A DNA stretch of 64,000 nt, taken from contig JAFDEI010000003.1 of the NCBI GenBank assembly GCA_019310425.1, forward strand, positions 9,221 through 73,220, read 5' to 3'. This DNA is from Deltaproteobacteria bacterium. GTDB lineage: Bacteria; Myxococcota_A; UBA9160; SMWR01. A program made the translations under genes and the position numbers. Below the pieces are notes generated by a model. It was not told the origin of the DNA. It saw nothing but the letters and a program-made list of their open reading frames with translations, and made no database searches. Positions 27,309 through 36,632 of this stretch are shown here, one piece after another (the stretch's first letter is position 1; the number at the start of each line of letters is the position of its first letter).

Positions 27309-28184
27309 ATGCATATGGAACACACCGCAGACGTTGAACCGACTGATCGAGTCGCCATCGTGACCGGAGCCAACTCCGGGATCGGAAGGGAGACGGCACG
27401 CGCGCTGGCGGCCATGGGAATGCACCTCTTCATCACCTGCCGCACCCAGGCCAAGGGTCAGCCGATCGTCGAAGAGTTTCGTGAGCAGACGGGCAATCAG
27501 AAGATCGAGTGCCTCGCGATGGAGCTGGGAGATTTCGATTCGGTGCGCCGATGCGCCGCGGAGTTTCTCGAGCGCAACCTCCCGCTTCACCTGCTCGTGA
27601 ACAATGCCGGCATTGGCGTTCAGCGCGGGATCACTGAATCGGGCTTCGAACTCGCCTTCGGAACCAACCACCTCGGCCCATTCCTCTTCACCGGCCTGCT
27701 GCAGCAGCGGTTGGTGAAATCCGCACCGGCGCGAATCGTCATCGTCTCCAGCGTGGGCCACGGCAGTGCCAAGGGAATCGACTTCGGGGCCGTCTCCAGG
27801 ACGACGAAGTCCCAGAGCGGATCGAACGAGTACTACACCTCGAAGCTCGCGAACGTGCTGTTCAGCAATGAACTCGCGAGGCGCCTCGATGGCACCGGCG
27901 TGAACACCTACGCCCTGCATCCGGGAATCGTGGCGACCGAAGTCTGGCGTCGCTTCCCCAGGCCCATCACCTGGATCGCCAAGCGCTTCATGCTCTCCGT
28001 CGAAGATGGAGCGAAGACATCGATCTACTGCGCGACCTCCCCGGAGATCGCCGGCGAGAGCGGCCTCTACTACGACACCTGCGCGACCAGGCCGACGAGC
28101 GAACTCGCCCGCGACCAGGCCCTGGCCCGCGACCTGTGGGAACGCAGCGAGAAGTGGGTGGGCTTCGAGTATCCCACCGCATAG
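27309..28184 (+). CDS. Short-chain dehydrogenase/reductase (classical SDR)
   Basis: Motifs are VAIVTGANSGIGRETA, LVNNAG and the catalytic YYTSKLA. Confidence 0.9.
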   Translation: MHMEHTADVEPTDRVAIVTGANSGIGRETARALAAMGMHLFITCRTQAKGQPIVEEFREQTGNQKIECLAMELGDFDSVRRCAAEFLERNLPLHLLVNNAGIGVQRGITESGFELAFGTNHLGPFLFTGLLQQRLVKSAPARIVIVSSVGHGSAKGIDFGAVSRTTKSQSGSNEYYTSKLANVLFSNELARRLDGTGVNTYALHPGIVATEVWRRFPRPITWIAKRFMLSVEDGAKTSIYCATSPEIAGESGLYYDTCATRPTSELARDQALARDLWERSEKWVGFEYPTA

Positions 28185-28218
28185 AGAGTTCGATCCCAGA
28201 TGCCGCGCCGCGACCGGA

Positions 28219-28662
28219 TCAGCCAGCGGCCATATACCTTTCCATTCCGGCAAGCGATCGGCTGAAGGTCCAGCTCACGAATCTCTCGAGCAGGGGGCCA
28301 AGGCCGGGGATCTTCGATTCGAAGCGGCAACGCCAGATGAGACGGGTGCCCTCCCCTACCGGCTCGAGTTCGACCTCACCATGGTGATTCCGAATCGGGA
28401 AGGAGCCTGCAATGACGCGATAGGTCATTCGCCTGGGCGGTTCGAAGTCCAGGATTTCCTCCCGCAACCCACCGATGAACCCCCGCACCGCACCCGCTCC
28501 ATTGCGCTCGCTCACCCCCTCCTTCACCAGACGTGAGCCGGGTGTCGACGCCCACTGCTTCCATCCCGCGTGATCGGTATAGACATCCCATGCTTCCTGG
28601 GGGCTCTGCGGGTATCGGTGCTCGACCTCGACGTGCTGCACGAAACCTCTCCTCTCGAGCAA
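28219..28662 (-). CDS. SRPBCC (START/polyketide-cyclase-like) family protein
   Basis: 147 aa. The pattern VEVEHRYPQSPQEAWDVYTDHAGWKQW...YRVIAGSFPIRNHHGEVELEP is typical of small SRPBCC ligand-binding proteins. Confidence 0.65.
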   Translation of the reverse strand: MLERRGFVQHVEVEHRYPQSPQEAWDVYTDHAGWKQWASTPGSRLVKEGVSERNGAGAVRGFIGGLREEILDFEPPRRMTYRVIAGSFPIRNHHGEVELEPVGEGTRLIWRCRFESKIPGLGPLLERFVSWTFSRSLAGMERYMAAG

Positions 28663-29005
28663 TCAGAACGACGCCGGGGCAGTTGACAACTCCGGGGGCA
28701 ACCGATCTACGCCCCTCAACGCACTCTGTCCTCATGGACACATGGTCCGGACGAGGATAGTCCACAGCGCGTGAGATCCGCCCGCCGACACGTAGGAAGT
28801 TCGCCCCCGGAGGAGACGGTTCGGATCGCTCCGAGGGGCTGCGGGGGGAGGGCGAATCCTTCAGCGCCGTCTTCTACGAAGCGGAGAACGACGGCGTTGA
28901 CTCGGTGCGCCGCCTGAACGCAGTCGGCGATACCGGTCAGGGCGCCGGCTGGCGGTCAAGCGCAGGGCGAAGTCGCTGCTGGAGACACGCGAAGCGCCCA
29001 GCACG

Positions 29006-30478
29006 CTAGTCGGTGTAGCCGAGTGCCTTCAGCCGCTTGCGCAGCTTCTCGTCGAGTTCCCCGGTCTTCACCTCGACGGGCGGGCCGTCTAGCCCGTTGA
29101 ACCAATTCGCGAGCTGCCGCGCGAGCTGCCGCGCAAGCTGAGGGCGTTTGCGTGCGAGGTTCGTCGTCTCGCCCGGGTCCGCTTCCAAGTCGTAGAGTTG
29201 CACGCGTGGCACGGGCGGGCCCGGCATCTCGTTCGCGGGCGGACCTTTCTCGATGGCGGCGATGTACTTGTAGCGACCGTCGCGCAGAGCAATCCGCGCC
29301 GTGCCGCGGCGGATCTCGCCCGCCATCGCCACGCGATGCTCCGCCTCGTCGCCCATCATCACGGGCAGCAAGCTCCTGCCTGCGATATCGCCGTCGAGCG
29401 CGACACCGAGCAGGTCGGCCACCGTAGGTAGTACATCGAGAGTCCGCACCTGCACGTCGACTCGACGCTTCGCGAACCGCCGCGTCGGATCGTGGATCAC
29501 GAGCGGGACCAGCAGCAGGTCGTCGTGCAGCGAGTGGCCGTGGCCGCCTATATGGCCCCGGAAGCGGTCGCCCATGTCCTCGCCGTGATCGCTCGTGACC
29601 ACCACCAACGTGCGCTCGGCGAGGCCGAGTTCGGCGAGCAACTCGACGAACTCACCCACGTAGCGATCCGCCGAACGGATGTCGCTGTCGTACAGGTCGC
29701 GGATATAGCTGGCCTCGCCGTTCTCGATCTCGCGCTTGAGGGCGAGCTCGAACGACGGGCCAATGCGTTCGAGTACCCGGTCGCCGACGAAGTCGCGGTT
29801 GCGGTACGGGATGTGGGCCTCGTAGGTATGAATCAACATGAAGAACGGCGAGGCGGCGTTGTCGCGCAGCCACTGCGAGGCGGCCGCGAAGGTTCCCTCG
29901 ACGTCGCTGCCCCCCTTCTCGACCAGCGTGGGGCGGTCCGTCTCGTGGTAGTGGCGGAAGCCTCGGTCCATCCCCCAACGGCGCGATACGAACGCGCCCT
30001 CGGTGAAGGCCGCGGTGCGGTAGCCCGCCTCAGACAGCGATTCGGCGAGCGAGCGTTGCATCTCCATATCGTCATCGAGGACGAGCGCTGGGTAGTCGCC
30101 GGACAGGAGCGCGACCGCGCTCGGAAGCGTCCAGCTCGAGAAGCTCGATACCTGTTCGAACAACACGCCGCGCTCTGCGAGCGCATCGATCGCAGGGGTC
30201 GTGAGACGCTCGTAGCCGTAGCTCGAAACACGGTCGGCGCGAACGGTATCGAGCAGGAAGACGACCGCTCCGAAAGGCCGACTCGGGTCGAGTGTCGCGC
30301 TGGGCGGCTCGGGCTCCGAGCCGCAGGCGAGCACGGCGGCGAGCGCGAAGCAGACCGTGAGGCCCGAAAACCACGCCGAGCCCTCGACCGACCGGCGGCG
30401 GGAATCGGCACGAGGTTCGCGAACGGGCAGCGCGCCCCGGCATCTGATCAGTTCGCGCATTGCGCCCGAGGATACCAC
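29006..30478 (-). CDS. Sulfatase-like hydrolase/transferase (alkaline phosphatase superfamily), probable lipoprotein
   Basis: Motifs are FLLDTVRADRVSSYGY...TPAIDALAERGVLFE and later VVVTSDHGEDMG. The nucleophile position reads SSWTLPSAVALLSG (Thr rather than the Cys/Ser-X-P-X-R of true sulfatases). The lipobox-like AAVLACGS is present. The start may be the MRELIRC Met at 30460. Confidence 0.8.
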   Translation of the reverse strand: MVSSGAMRELIRCRGALPVREPRADSRRRSVEGSAWFSGLTVCFALAAVLACGSEPEPPSATLDPSRPFGAVVFLLDTVRADRVSSYGYERLTTPAIDALAERGVLFEQVSSFSSWTLPSAVALLSGDYPALVLDDDMEMQRSLAESLSEAGYRTAAFTEGAFVSRRWGMDRGFRHYHETDRPTLVEKGGSDVEGTFAAASQWLRDNAASPFFMLIHTYEAHIPYRNRDFVGDRVLERIGPSFELALKREIENGEASYIRDLYDSDIRSADRYVGEFVELLAELGLAERTLVVVTSDHGEDMGDRFRGHIGGHGHSLHDDLLLVPLVIHDPTRRFAKRRVDVQVRTLDVLPTVADLLGVALDGDIAGRSLLPVMMGDEAEHRVAMAGEIRRGTARIALRDGRYKYIAAIEKGPPANEMPGPPVPRVQLYDLEADPGETTNLARKRPQLARQLARQLANWFNGLDGPPVEVKTGELDEKLRKRLKALGYTD

Positions 30479-30518
30479 TGACCACGCAGCTTCTCGCGCA
30501 GGGGCCTCACATCAGGCG

Positions 30519-31649
30519 TCAGAGGTTCGCGCGAGTCACGGGCGAACGCATCTTCCACATGAAGCCGTCGTAATAGAAGTGGACCATCGACTGGGAAATC
30601 CCCCAGTAGTAGATCCAGCGCGAACCCGAAATTCCCGCGAGGCGGATCGTGTCTTCCTCCGGGAAGAAGTAGACCCCCCAGTAACGAACCCCCAGATAGA
30701 CGGCACTGATGCCGAGCAAGAACCCCCAATAGCAGAGCGCCGGCTGCCGCAGCATCCGCTTCATCAACGACGGACCCGAAGTCGGGTCGGCGAAGCGCTT
30801 TCGCTGATATGCCCAGACGAAGACGAAATACTCGAGCGCGTGACTGAAGGTGTAGGACAGGAAGACCTTCGCGGGATCCAGGAGCAGGAAGCTCACCGAA
30901 AGCGCGGCCGTGCCGATGCCCATGAATAGCCGCGCACGGTTCGAGAAGCGGTCGTTCCGCCACTCGTACCACAGGAAGGCCGCAACGCTGAAGGCGGCGA
31001 GCGCGCCAGCGAGCGGCAGCGCCCAGACGCGAATCCCGACCAGCGCGTCCATGATTGGATTGATGAAGAACTCCGCCCGCGAGAATCCCTGCTCGACGAG
31101 GTCGCGGTGGCTCGTCCCGAGGTAGACAATCCAGACCGGGAACCACCCGTGCACCAGCATCCGGTCGACCCAAGGCGGCGTACGCTTGTCCGCCGCGACC
31201 TCGGACTTCACCACGTAGAGGCGCAAGATCCCGTACTTTTGCTGAATGGTGTGCCATAGCCCCCAGGCACCCGAAAAGGTCGCGATCACGACGAACGCGA
31301 AGCGATGGTCGCTCTTCCAGAGCACGGGCTCGATCGCAAACAACGCCACCATCGCGATCGGGGCGATGGTGAATCGAAGCGGGTTGGTCCGAAGGACCTG
31401 CCGATCGCAGTAGACGATCGGCAGCGTCAGATGTCGATGCGCGAAGTTCAGCGTCAGCACCAACAAGAACAGGACCAGGTAGTCCTCCCGCTCGCTCCCC
31501 ATCATCAGCATCGGAATCAACGCGAGCAGCCAACTCCAGTGATACGCAAGCGAATCGATGAGCGGACTCACGTGCCAGCGGCGAACGGGTGCTCCCGGCG
31601 GAGCAATGCGCATCAGTCCGTCGAGCATGCGCTCTTTATACCGATTCAT
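30519..31649 (-). CDS. Polytopic integral membrane protein, unknown family
   Basis: 376 aa with roughly 10 or more hydrophobic segments. Conserved-looking His/Trp patches are NFAHRHLTLP, GLWHTIQQKYG and FSHALEYFVFVW. I recognise no family. Confidence 0.6.
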   Translation of the reverse strand: MNRYKERMLDGLMRIAPPGAPVRRWHVSPLIDSLAYHWSWLLALIPMLMMGSEREDYLVLFLLVLTLNFAHRHLTLPIVYCDRQVLRTNPLRFTIAPIAMVALFAIEPVLWKSDHRFAFVVIATFSGAWGLWHTIQQKYGILRLYVVKSEVAADKRTPPWVDRMLVHGWFPVWIVYLGTSHRDLVEQGFSRAEFFINPIMDALVGIRVWALPLAGALAAFSVAAFLWYEWRNDRFSNRARLFMGIGTAALSVSFLLLDPAKVFLSYTFSHALEYFVFVWAYQRKRFADPTSGPSLMKRMLRQPALCYWGFLLGISAVYLGVRYWGVYFFPEEDTIRLAGISGSRWIYYWGISQSMVHFYYDGFMWKMRSPVTRANL

Positions 31650-31823
31650 TCTTCGGCGTCCAGCGCGCCACCCCGAGGATTCCGCACGGCCGATCGGTTC
31701 ACGAACCGGTGAGAACGAGGCCAGGGTGCGCCGCCGGGCAATCGCCTATACTCGCGCGCCTCGACCATCGAGGAGCGGTCCGACTACTGGATCGTACGAC
31801 AACGCGCGACCGGGAGCCTGATC

Positions 31824-32948
31824 ATGCACACTGACATCTGTGACGTCTTCGGAATCGACGTTCCGATCTTCGCCTTCACCCACTGCCGCGACGTCGTCGT
31901 CGCCGTCAGCAAGGCCGGGGGGCTCGGCGTACTGGGCGCGGTCGGCTTCTCGCCCGAGGAACTCGCGAAGGAGTGCGATTGGATCGATGAACACATCGGC
32001 GACAAGCCGTACGCGGTCGACACCGTCATCCCCAACAAGTACGAGGGCATGGGCGAGCTCGACCCCGACAAGCTCGAAGAGCAGCTCCAGGCCTCGGTCC
32101 CGGACGAACACCGCGCATTCGCATCCAAGCTGCTCGCGGACGCGGGCGTGCCCGAGCTTCCTTTGGAAGATCAGGGGAAAGGCCTGCTCGGCTGGACGAT
32201 GGCAACGGCAATGCCGCAACTCAAGGTCGCACTCTCCCACCCGAATGTGAAGCTGATCGCAAACGCACTCGGTACGCCCCCGCCCGAAGTGATCGAGATG
32301 ATCCACGATTCCGGGCGCAAGGTGGCAGCCCTGTGCGGCAGTGCAAAGCAGGCACTGGCCCACAAGCAGGCCGGTGTCGACATCATCATCGCACAAGGCT
32401 ACGAGGGCGGTGGCCACACCGGCGAGATCGGCAGCATGGTGCTGTGGCCGGAGGTGATCGAGGCGGTCGCCCCCACACCGGTGCTCGCCGCGGGCGGCAT
32501 CGGCAGCGGTCGCCAGATCGCGGCGGCGATCGCGATGGGCGCGCAGGGCGCATGGACGGGCTCGATCTGGCTCACGGTCAGCGAATCCTCCAATCCGCTG
32601 GTGCTGAAGGAACAGCTGCTTGCCGCAGGCAGCCGCGACACCGTGCGCTCGCGCTCCGTCACGGGCAAGCCGGCCCGCATGCTGCGCAATGAATGGACCG
32701 AAGCCTGGGAGCAGCCCGACACGCCGGACCCGCTCCCGATGCCGCTTCAGGGCTTGATTACGATCGACATGATCATGCGCACGAACCGCTACGCCGAAGC
32801 GGGCCAGAACATCGCGTTCAATCCGGTCGGCCAGGTCGTCGGCCGCATGAATCAAATGCAACCGGCCAAGAATCTGGTCTCGAAGCTCGTCGACGAGTAC
32901 TACGACGCCGCCGACCGGATCCAGAGCCTGATGCCGAAGGATGACTGA
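31824..32948 (+). CDS. Nitronate monooxygenase / 2-nitropropane dioxygenase family (FMN TIM barrel)
   Basis: Motifs are FGIDVPIFAFTHCRDVVVAVSKAGGLGVLGA, IIAQGYEGGGHTG and PVLAAGGIGSGRQIAAA. Confidence 0.85.
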   Translation: MHTDICDVFGIDVPIFAFTHCRDVVVAVSKAGGLGVLGAVGFSPEELAKECDWIDEHIGDKPYAVDTVIPNKYEGMGELDPDKLEEQLQASVPDEHRAFASKLLADAGVPELPLEDQGKGLLGWTMATAMPQLKVALSHPNVKLIANALGTPPPEVIEMIHDSGRKVAALCGSAKQALAHKQAGVDIIIAQGYEGGGHTGEIGSMVLWPEVIEAVAPTPVLAAGGIGSGRQIAAAIAMGAQGAWTGSIWLTVSESSNPLVLKEQLLAAGSRDTVRSRSVTGKPARMLRNEWTEAWEQPDTPDPLPMPLQGLITIDMIMRTNRYAEAGQNIAFNPVGQVVGRMNQMQPAKNLVSKLVDEYYDAADRIQSLMPKDD

Positions 32949-32981
32949 AGATTCATCGACGAATCGACGCCGAGGCCGGCG

Positions 32982-34763
32982 TCATTCGTCGATGAAGTCG
33001 CTCTTCGCCTCGCCGCTGAGCACGTTCTTCAGCACTTTTCCGGTCGCGTTGCGCGGCAGCGGATCACTCCGAATCTCCCACTGCGTCGGAACCTTGAAGT
33101 TCGCGAAAGCCTCGCCGCAGAACTTGGCGAGCTCATCGGAGTCGATCTCGGCACCGCTCCGCGGCAGCACGAACGCCTTGACCTCCTGTCCCCACTCGTC
33201 GTGCGGAATGCCGATCACCGCAGCTTCGGCGACCTTCGGGTGCGCCTCGAGGCGCTGCTCGATCTCGGTCGGATAGATGTTCTCGGCGTTGCGCAGAATC
33301 ATGTCGCGCGCGCGCGAGTTGATGAACAGATGGCGGCCCTCGACGCGCCCGATGTCGCCGGTCCGCAGCCAACGGTCCGCAACGATCGTATCAGCCGTGG
33401 CTTCGGGGTTGCGCCAATACTCGAGCATAACGAGCGGGCCGCGGATATGGATCTCACCCTCTTCGCCCTCGGGCAGGGCCCTGCCCTGCTCATCGCGGAT
33501 CTCGATTTCGACGGTCGGAAGCGGCCAGCCCACGGAATCCGGATGCTCGGTGAGGAACTCACCAAAGTTGAGGGTCGCGGTACCAGTCGATTCGGAGAGG
33601 CCGTAGCCGATCGCGAAGCTTCCCTTCGCGTTCGGGAACGCGTCCATCAAGCGCCGCTGGATGCTTTCGCTGACGGGCGCACCGCCCGAGCCGAGCGTAC
33701 GGACGCTAGCGAGATCGTAGCGCCCGAGATCCGGATGCTCGACCAGCTGGTGCCCCATGTTGCCGAGTGGCGACCACGAGGTGACCTTCTCAGCCTCGAT
33801 CAGGCGCATCACATCGCTCGGGTCGAAGCGACCCTTCATCCACACCGTCTTCACACCGGCGGCCAGCATCCCGACGGCTCCCGCGTACAAGCCGGAGAGA
33901 TGGAACAGCGGCGCGTTGTAGAGGTTGCTATTCGGTAGCGCGTTGGAATCTGGCTTGGTGCCCTTCTCGACTGCGAGCAGCATCAACCGCAGCCCGTGAA
34001 AGAACAGCAGTTGGATGAATGTCACGATGCCGCGGTGGCTGTTGACCGCACCCTTCGGCCGCCCCGTGGTACCGCTCGTAAACAGAATGACCGCCGCGTC
34101 ATCCTCGGCGATCGGCACATCGGGCAGATCCCCTCCAGCAGAGTAGTGGGTGAGCTCCTCGAATTCGTCCTCGATCGTGACGATCGGGATCCCGACGTCG
34201 TCGCCCGCGATGCGCGCGAGTCGCTTGGCGTCGCCGATGAGCAGCTTGGGTTCGGTGCTCTCGATCCCGTAGAGGATCTCGTCGCGCTTCCACCAGCCAT
34301 TCAAACCGACCACGACCGCCCCGAGGCTGACAGCCGCCCAGAAGCTGATGATCCACTCGGGGCAGTTCGCGGCGAGGATGGCAACGCGGTCGCCGTGTCC
34401 GATGCCGTACTTCTCGGCGAACGCCTTCGCGACCGACGCCACCCACTCCGCGTGCTGCCCGAACGAGATCCGCTGGCCGTCGCAGACGATGTATTCGGCG
34501 TCACCGCGCGCGGCCGAGTCCGCGAGGATCTGCCGCAGCGATGCTGGGCGGTTCTTGCAGACCTTCATCTTCACACCGAGGACCTCTTCTTCGACGAGAT
34601 CTCGAACGGCCCACCCGGGCCTGCCAGCTGCGCTTCGATCTCTTCCAGGGGCATCGTCGTTCCTCGTCGCTCTCGGGTCGGAAATGGGCGAACCCCCAGA
34701 TTGACGGCCCAACCGGTTTAATTCAATGGCCACCGCCTGTGGTGAGGTCATGATCAGCGACAC
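32982..34763 (-). CDS. AMP-dependent acyl-CoA synthetase/ligase
   Basis: Motifs are ILFTSGTTGRPKGAV, GYGLSESTG, GDIGRVEGRHLFINSRARDMIL and PRNATGKVLK. The start is uncertain; other candidates are 34751 and 34568. Confidence 0.85.
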   Translation of the reverse strand: MSLIMTSPQAVAIELNRLGRQSGGSPISDPRATRNDDAPGRDRSAAGRPGWAVRDLVEEEVLGVKMKVCKNRPASLRQILADSAARGDAEYIVCDGQRISFGQHAEWVASVAKAFAEKYGIGHGDRVAILAANCPEWIISFWAAVSLGAVVVGLNGWWKRDEILYGIESTEPKLLIGDAKRLARIAGDDVGIPIVTIEDEFEELTHYSAGGDLPDVPIAEDDAAVILFTSGTTGRPKGAVNSHRGIVTFIQLLFFHGLRLMLLAVEKGTKPDSNALPNSNLYNAPLFHLSGLYAGAVGMLAAGVKTVWMKGRFDPSDVMRLIEAEKVTSWSPLGNMGHQLVEHPDLGRYDLASVRTLGSGGAPVSESIQRRLMDAFPNAKGSFAIGYGLSESTGTATLNFGEFLTEHPDSVGWPLPTVEIEIRDEQGRALPEGEEGEIHIRGPLVMLEYWRNPEATADTIVADRWLRTGDIGRVEGRHLFINSRARDMILRNAENIYPTEIEQRLEAHPKVAEAAVIGIPHDEWGQEVKAFVLPRSGAEIDSDELAKFCGEAFANFKVPTQWEIRSDPLPRNATGKVLKNVLSGEAKSDFIDE

Positions 34764-34914
34764 GCCATCGCGCCTGCGAAGCAGGGCGTGAGGCGAGGTT
34801 GCGCTACAGCCGCGGAGCGGGCATAGCGCAAACTCTCCACTCTAAAGTGCAGATCAGGGTGAACCGAAGCAGGGTCACGGCCATTTGGGGCGAGATCCGA
34901 CGAGGGACTGGACC

Positions 34915-35223
34915 GTGGCAGACGAATCGACATTCGACTTTCTATGCAGTGAATTGGAACGCGCTTCCTCGCTCGACCGCCTGGAAGCTCGCGGAACCGT
35001 TCGGATCGCCATCAAGCAGGCGGGGCTCGACCCTCACAGCGCGACCCCGCAAGAGTTCGCGGTGGTGGTCGAGAAAGTCCTGCCGCAGGAACTCACCGCT
35101 CGTGGAGTCGAGAACTCCAACAGCCTCTGCGGTGCGCTGGCCAAACAGGTGGGTGCACGCGAAGCAGGGGACGAATCACGCGAGACGCCCGAAGCGATCT
35201 TCGCGCGCCTCGGCTCTCGCTAG
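34915..35223 (+). CDS. Hypothetical small protein
   Basis: ORF with a balanced amino-acid composition (VADESTFDFLCSELERASSLDRLEARGTVRIAIKQAGLDPHSATPQEFAVVVEKVL...). GTG 34915 follows GAGGGA. I recognise no family. Confidence 0.35.
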   Translation: MADESTFDFLCSELERASSLDRLEARGTVRIAIKQAGLDPHSATPQEFAVVVEKVLPQELTARGVENSNSLCGALAKQVGAREAGDESRETPEAIFARLGSR

Positions 35224-35272
35224 CTCTGTATTCTGGCCGTCTTGTGGCCAGAACTTCCTCTTTCGGGCCCCC

Positions 35273-36400
35273 TCAGGAATACCCGGTGGCGGTCTCGGAC
35301 CGTACCGATTTCGGCGCAGCATCTCGCAAGAGACTCGAAATCGCGTCCCATAGGCTCTTCCGCGTCGCTGCACAGTAGACATCGCTGTCGTCGAGCTGGC
35401 TCGTCAAACGGCGGTACGCCTCTCCGAGCGCATGGTATGGCAGGCTCGGAAAAAGATGATGGGTGGCGTGGTAGCGCAGCCCGACCGGTGCCCAGAGCGC
35501 GGTCCAGAAACGGTGCCCGGGGACGTCGACCGAATCCAGGAACTGTTCCTCGATCGCCATGACGTGATCGTCGGGGTTGCGGTAGCGGTGGGCCGCGAGT
35601 GTGCGCAGCGAATTCAGCCAGAAGACCAATACCGCGACCGCGTACCACAGCCCGAAGAACGCAACCGGCAGCACGCCCGCCACGACGAGGGTGATCGCAG
35701 CCGCCCCATAGAGGAAAGTCATCACCTGGTAGCGATCCCAGGTCCGTCGGTCGCGCTCGGAAGCCGGGCGTCGGCGGTAGCGCAAGTCGATCGCGAGCGA
35801 CGACAGCCGTTCCCAGACCAGGCGTCGGATCGCCGGATGGAGCAGCGACAGCGGCGCGAGCACGAGGAAGCGGACAGCCAGCACCAGAGGCAGCAATAGA
35901 CTCAGAAACGGGTAACCAATGATCGAGGCGCGTCCGATCAGCGCGAAGTCGAGATACTCCCCGTCGGCCTCGAGTCCGTAGATCTTCCGGGAGTGGTGGT
36001 CGTTGTGGACGCCGTGGTAGGTGAATGAAGGCACCATCAGCGGAAAGCCGCAGAGCAGATTCCAGCCCCACCGAAACGGCTCGAAGGCGCTCTCGCGGCG
36101 GTGTGCGAGTTCGTGGATGAAGATCACCGCGCGATACAGAGCGAGTGCGGACACCACACCCAGCGCGATCTGGGGCAGCGAAAACGCTGCAAAGTAGAGC
36201 GCGAATGCGAACGCGCCCCATCCCAGCACGATGTGGAACAGGAAGTCGGCCCAGTAGACGAAGGGCTTCGGCACCATCAGGTCACGAACGATTTCGCACG
36301 CCTCGAGCGTCGGAAACGACGCTGGGCGCTCCGGTCCTTCCGATTCTGATTCGCCGATCGCCAGCGGCACACCTGCGGCGTGTCGATCGAGCCCCATCAT
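35273..36400 (-). CDS. Membrane fatty-acid desaturase family protein
   Basis: Three His boxes are present: HELAH, HNDHH and HATHH. Hydrophobic segments flank them. I chose the start at MMGLDRH (36400). Confidence 0.85.
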   Translation of the reverse strand: MMGLDRHAAGVPLAIGESESEGPERPASFPTLEACEIVRDLMVPKPFVYWADFLFHIVLGWGAFAFALYFAAFSLPQIALGVVSALALYRAVIFIHELAHRRESAFEPFRWGWNLLCGFPLMVPSFTYHGVHNDHHSRKIYGLEADGEYLDFALIGRASIIGYPFLSLLLPLVLAVRFLVLAPLSLLHPAIRRLVWERLSSLAIDLRYRRRPASERDRRTWDRYQVMTFLYGAAAITLVVAGVLPVAFFGLWYAVAVLVFWLNSLRTLAAHRYRNPDDHVMAIEEQFLDSVDVPGHRFWTALWAPVGLRYHATHHLFPSLPYHALGEAYRRLTSQLDDSDVYCAATRKSLWDAISSLLRDAAPKSVRSETATGYS

Positions 36401-36632
36401 CTGGTCCACATCCCCCCCACTCGACCGCGGCGCCGATCGTGCGGCGCGACGCGAGGGTCGCATCTTCAGCCGCAGCAACCCGACTCCGGTGCCAGAACGG
36501 CACTCGGACCCCTCGTCCCCACCGCCGAACCTCACACCGGGTAGACGCTAGCTGAAACCAAGCCTCCCGAAAAACACCTGGGCACCCGCGGGGCTACTCG
36601 AACCTGACCCTCGTCGTGTTTCCGGCAGGTCG

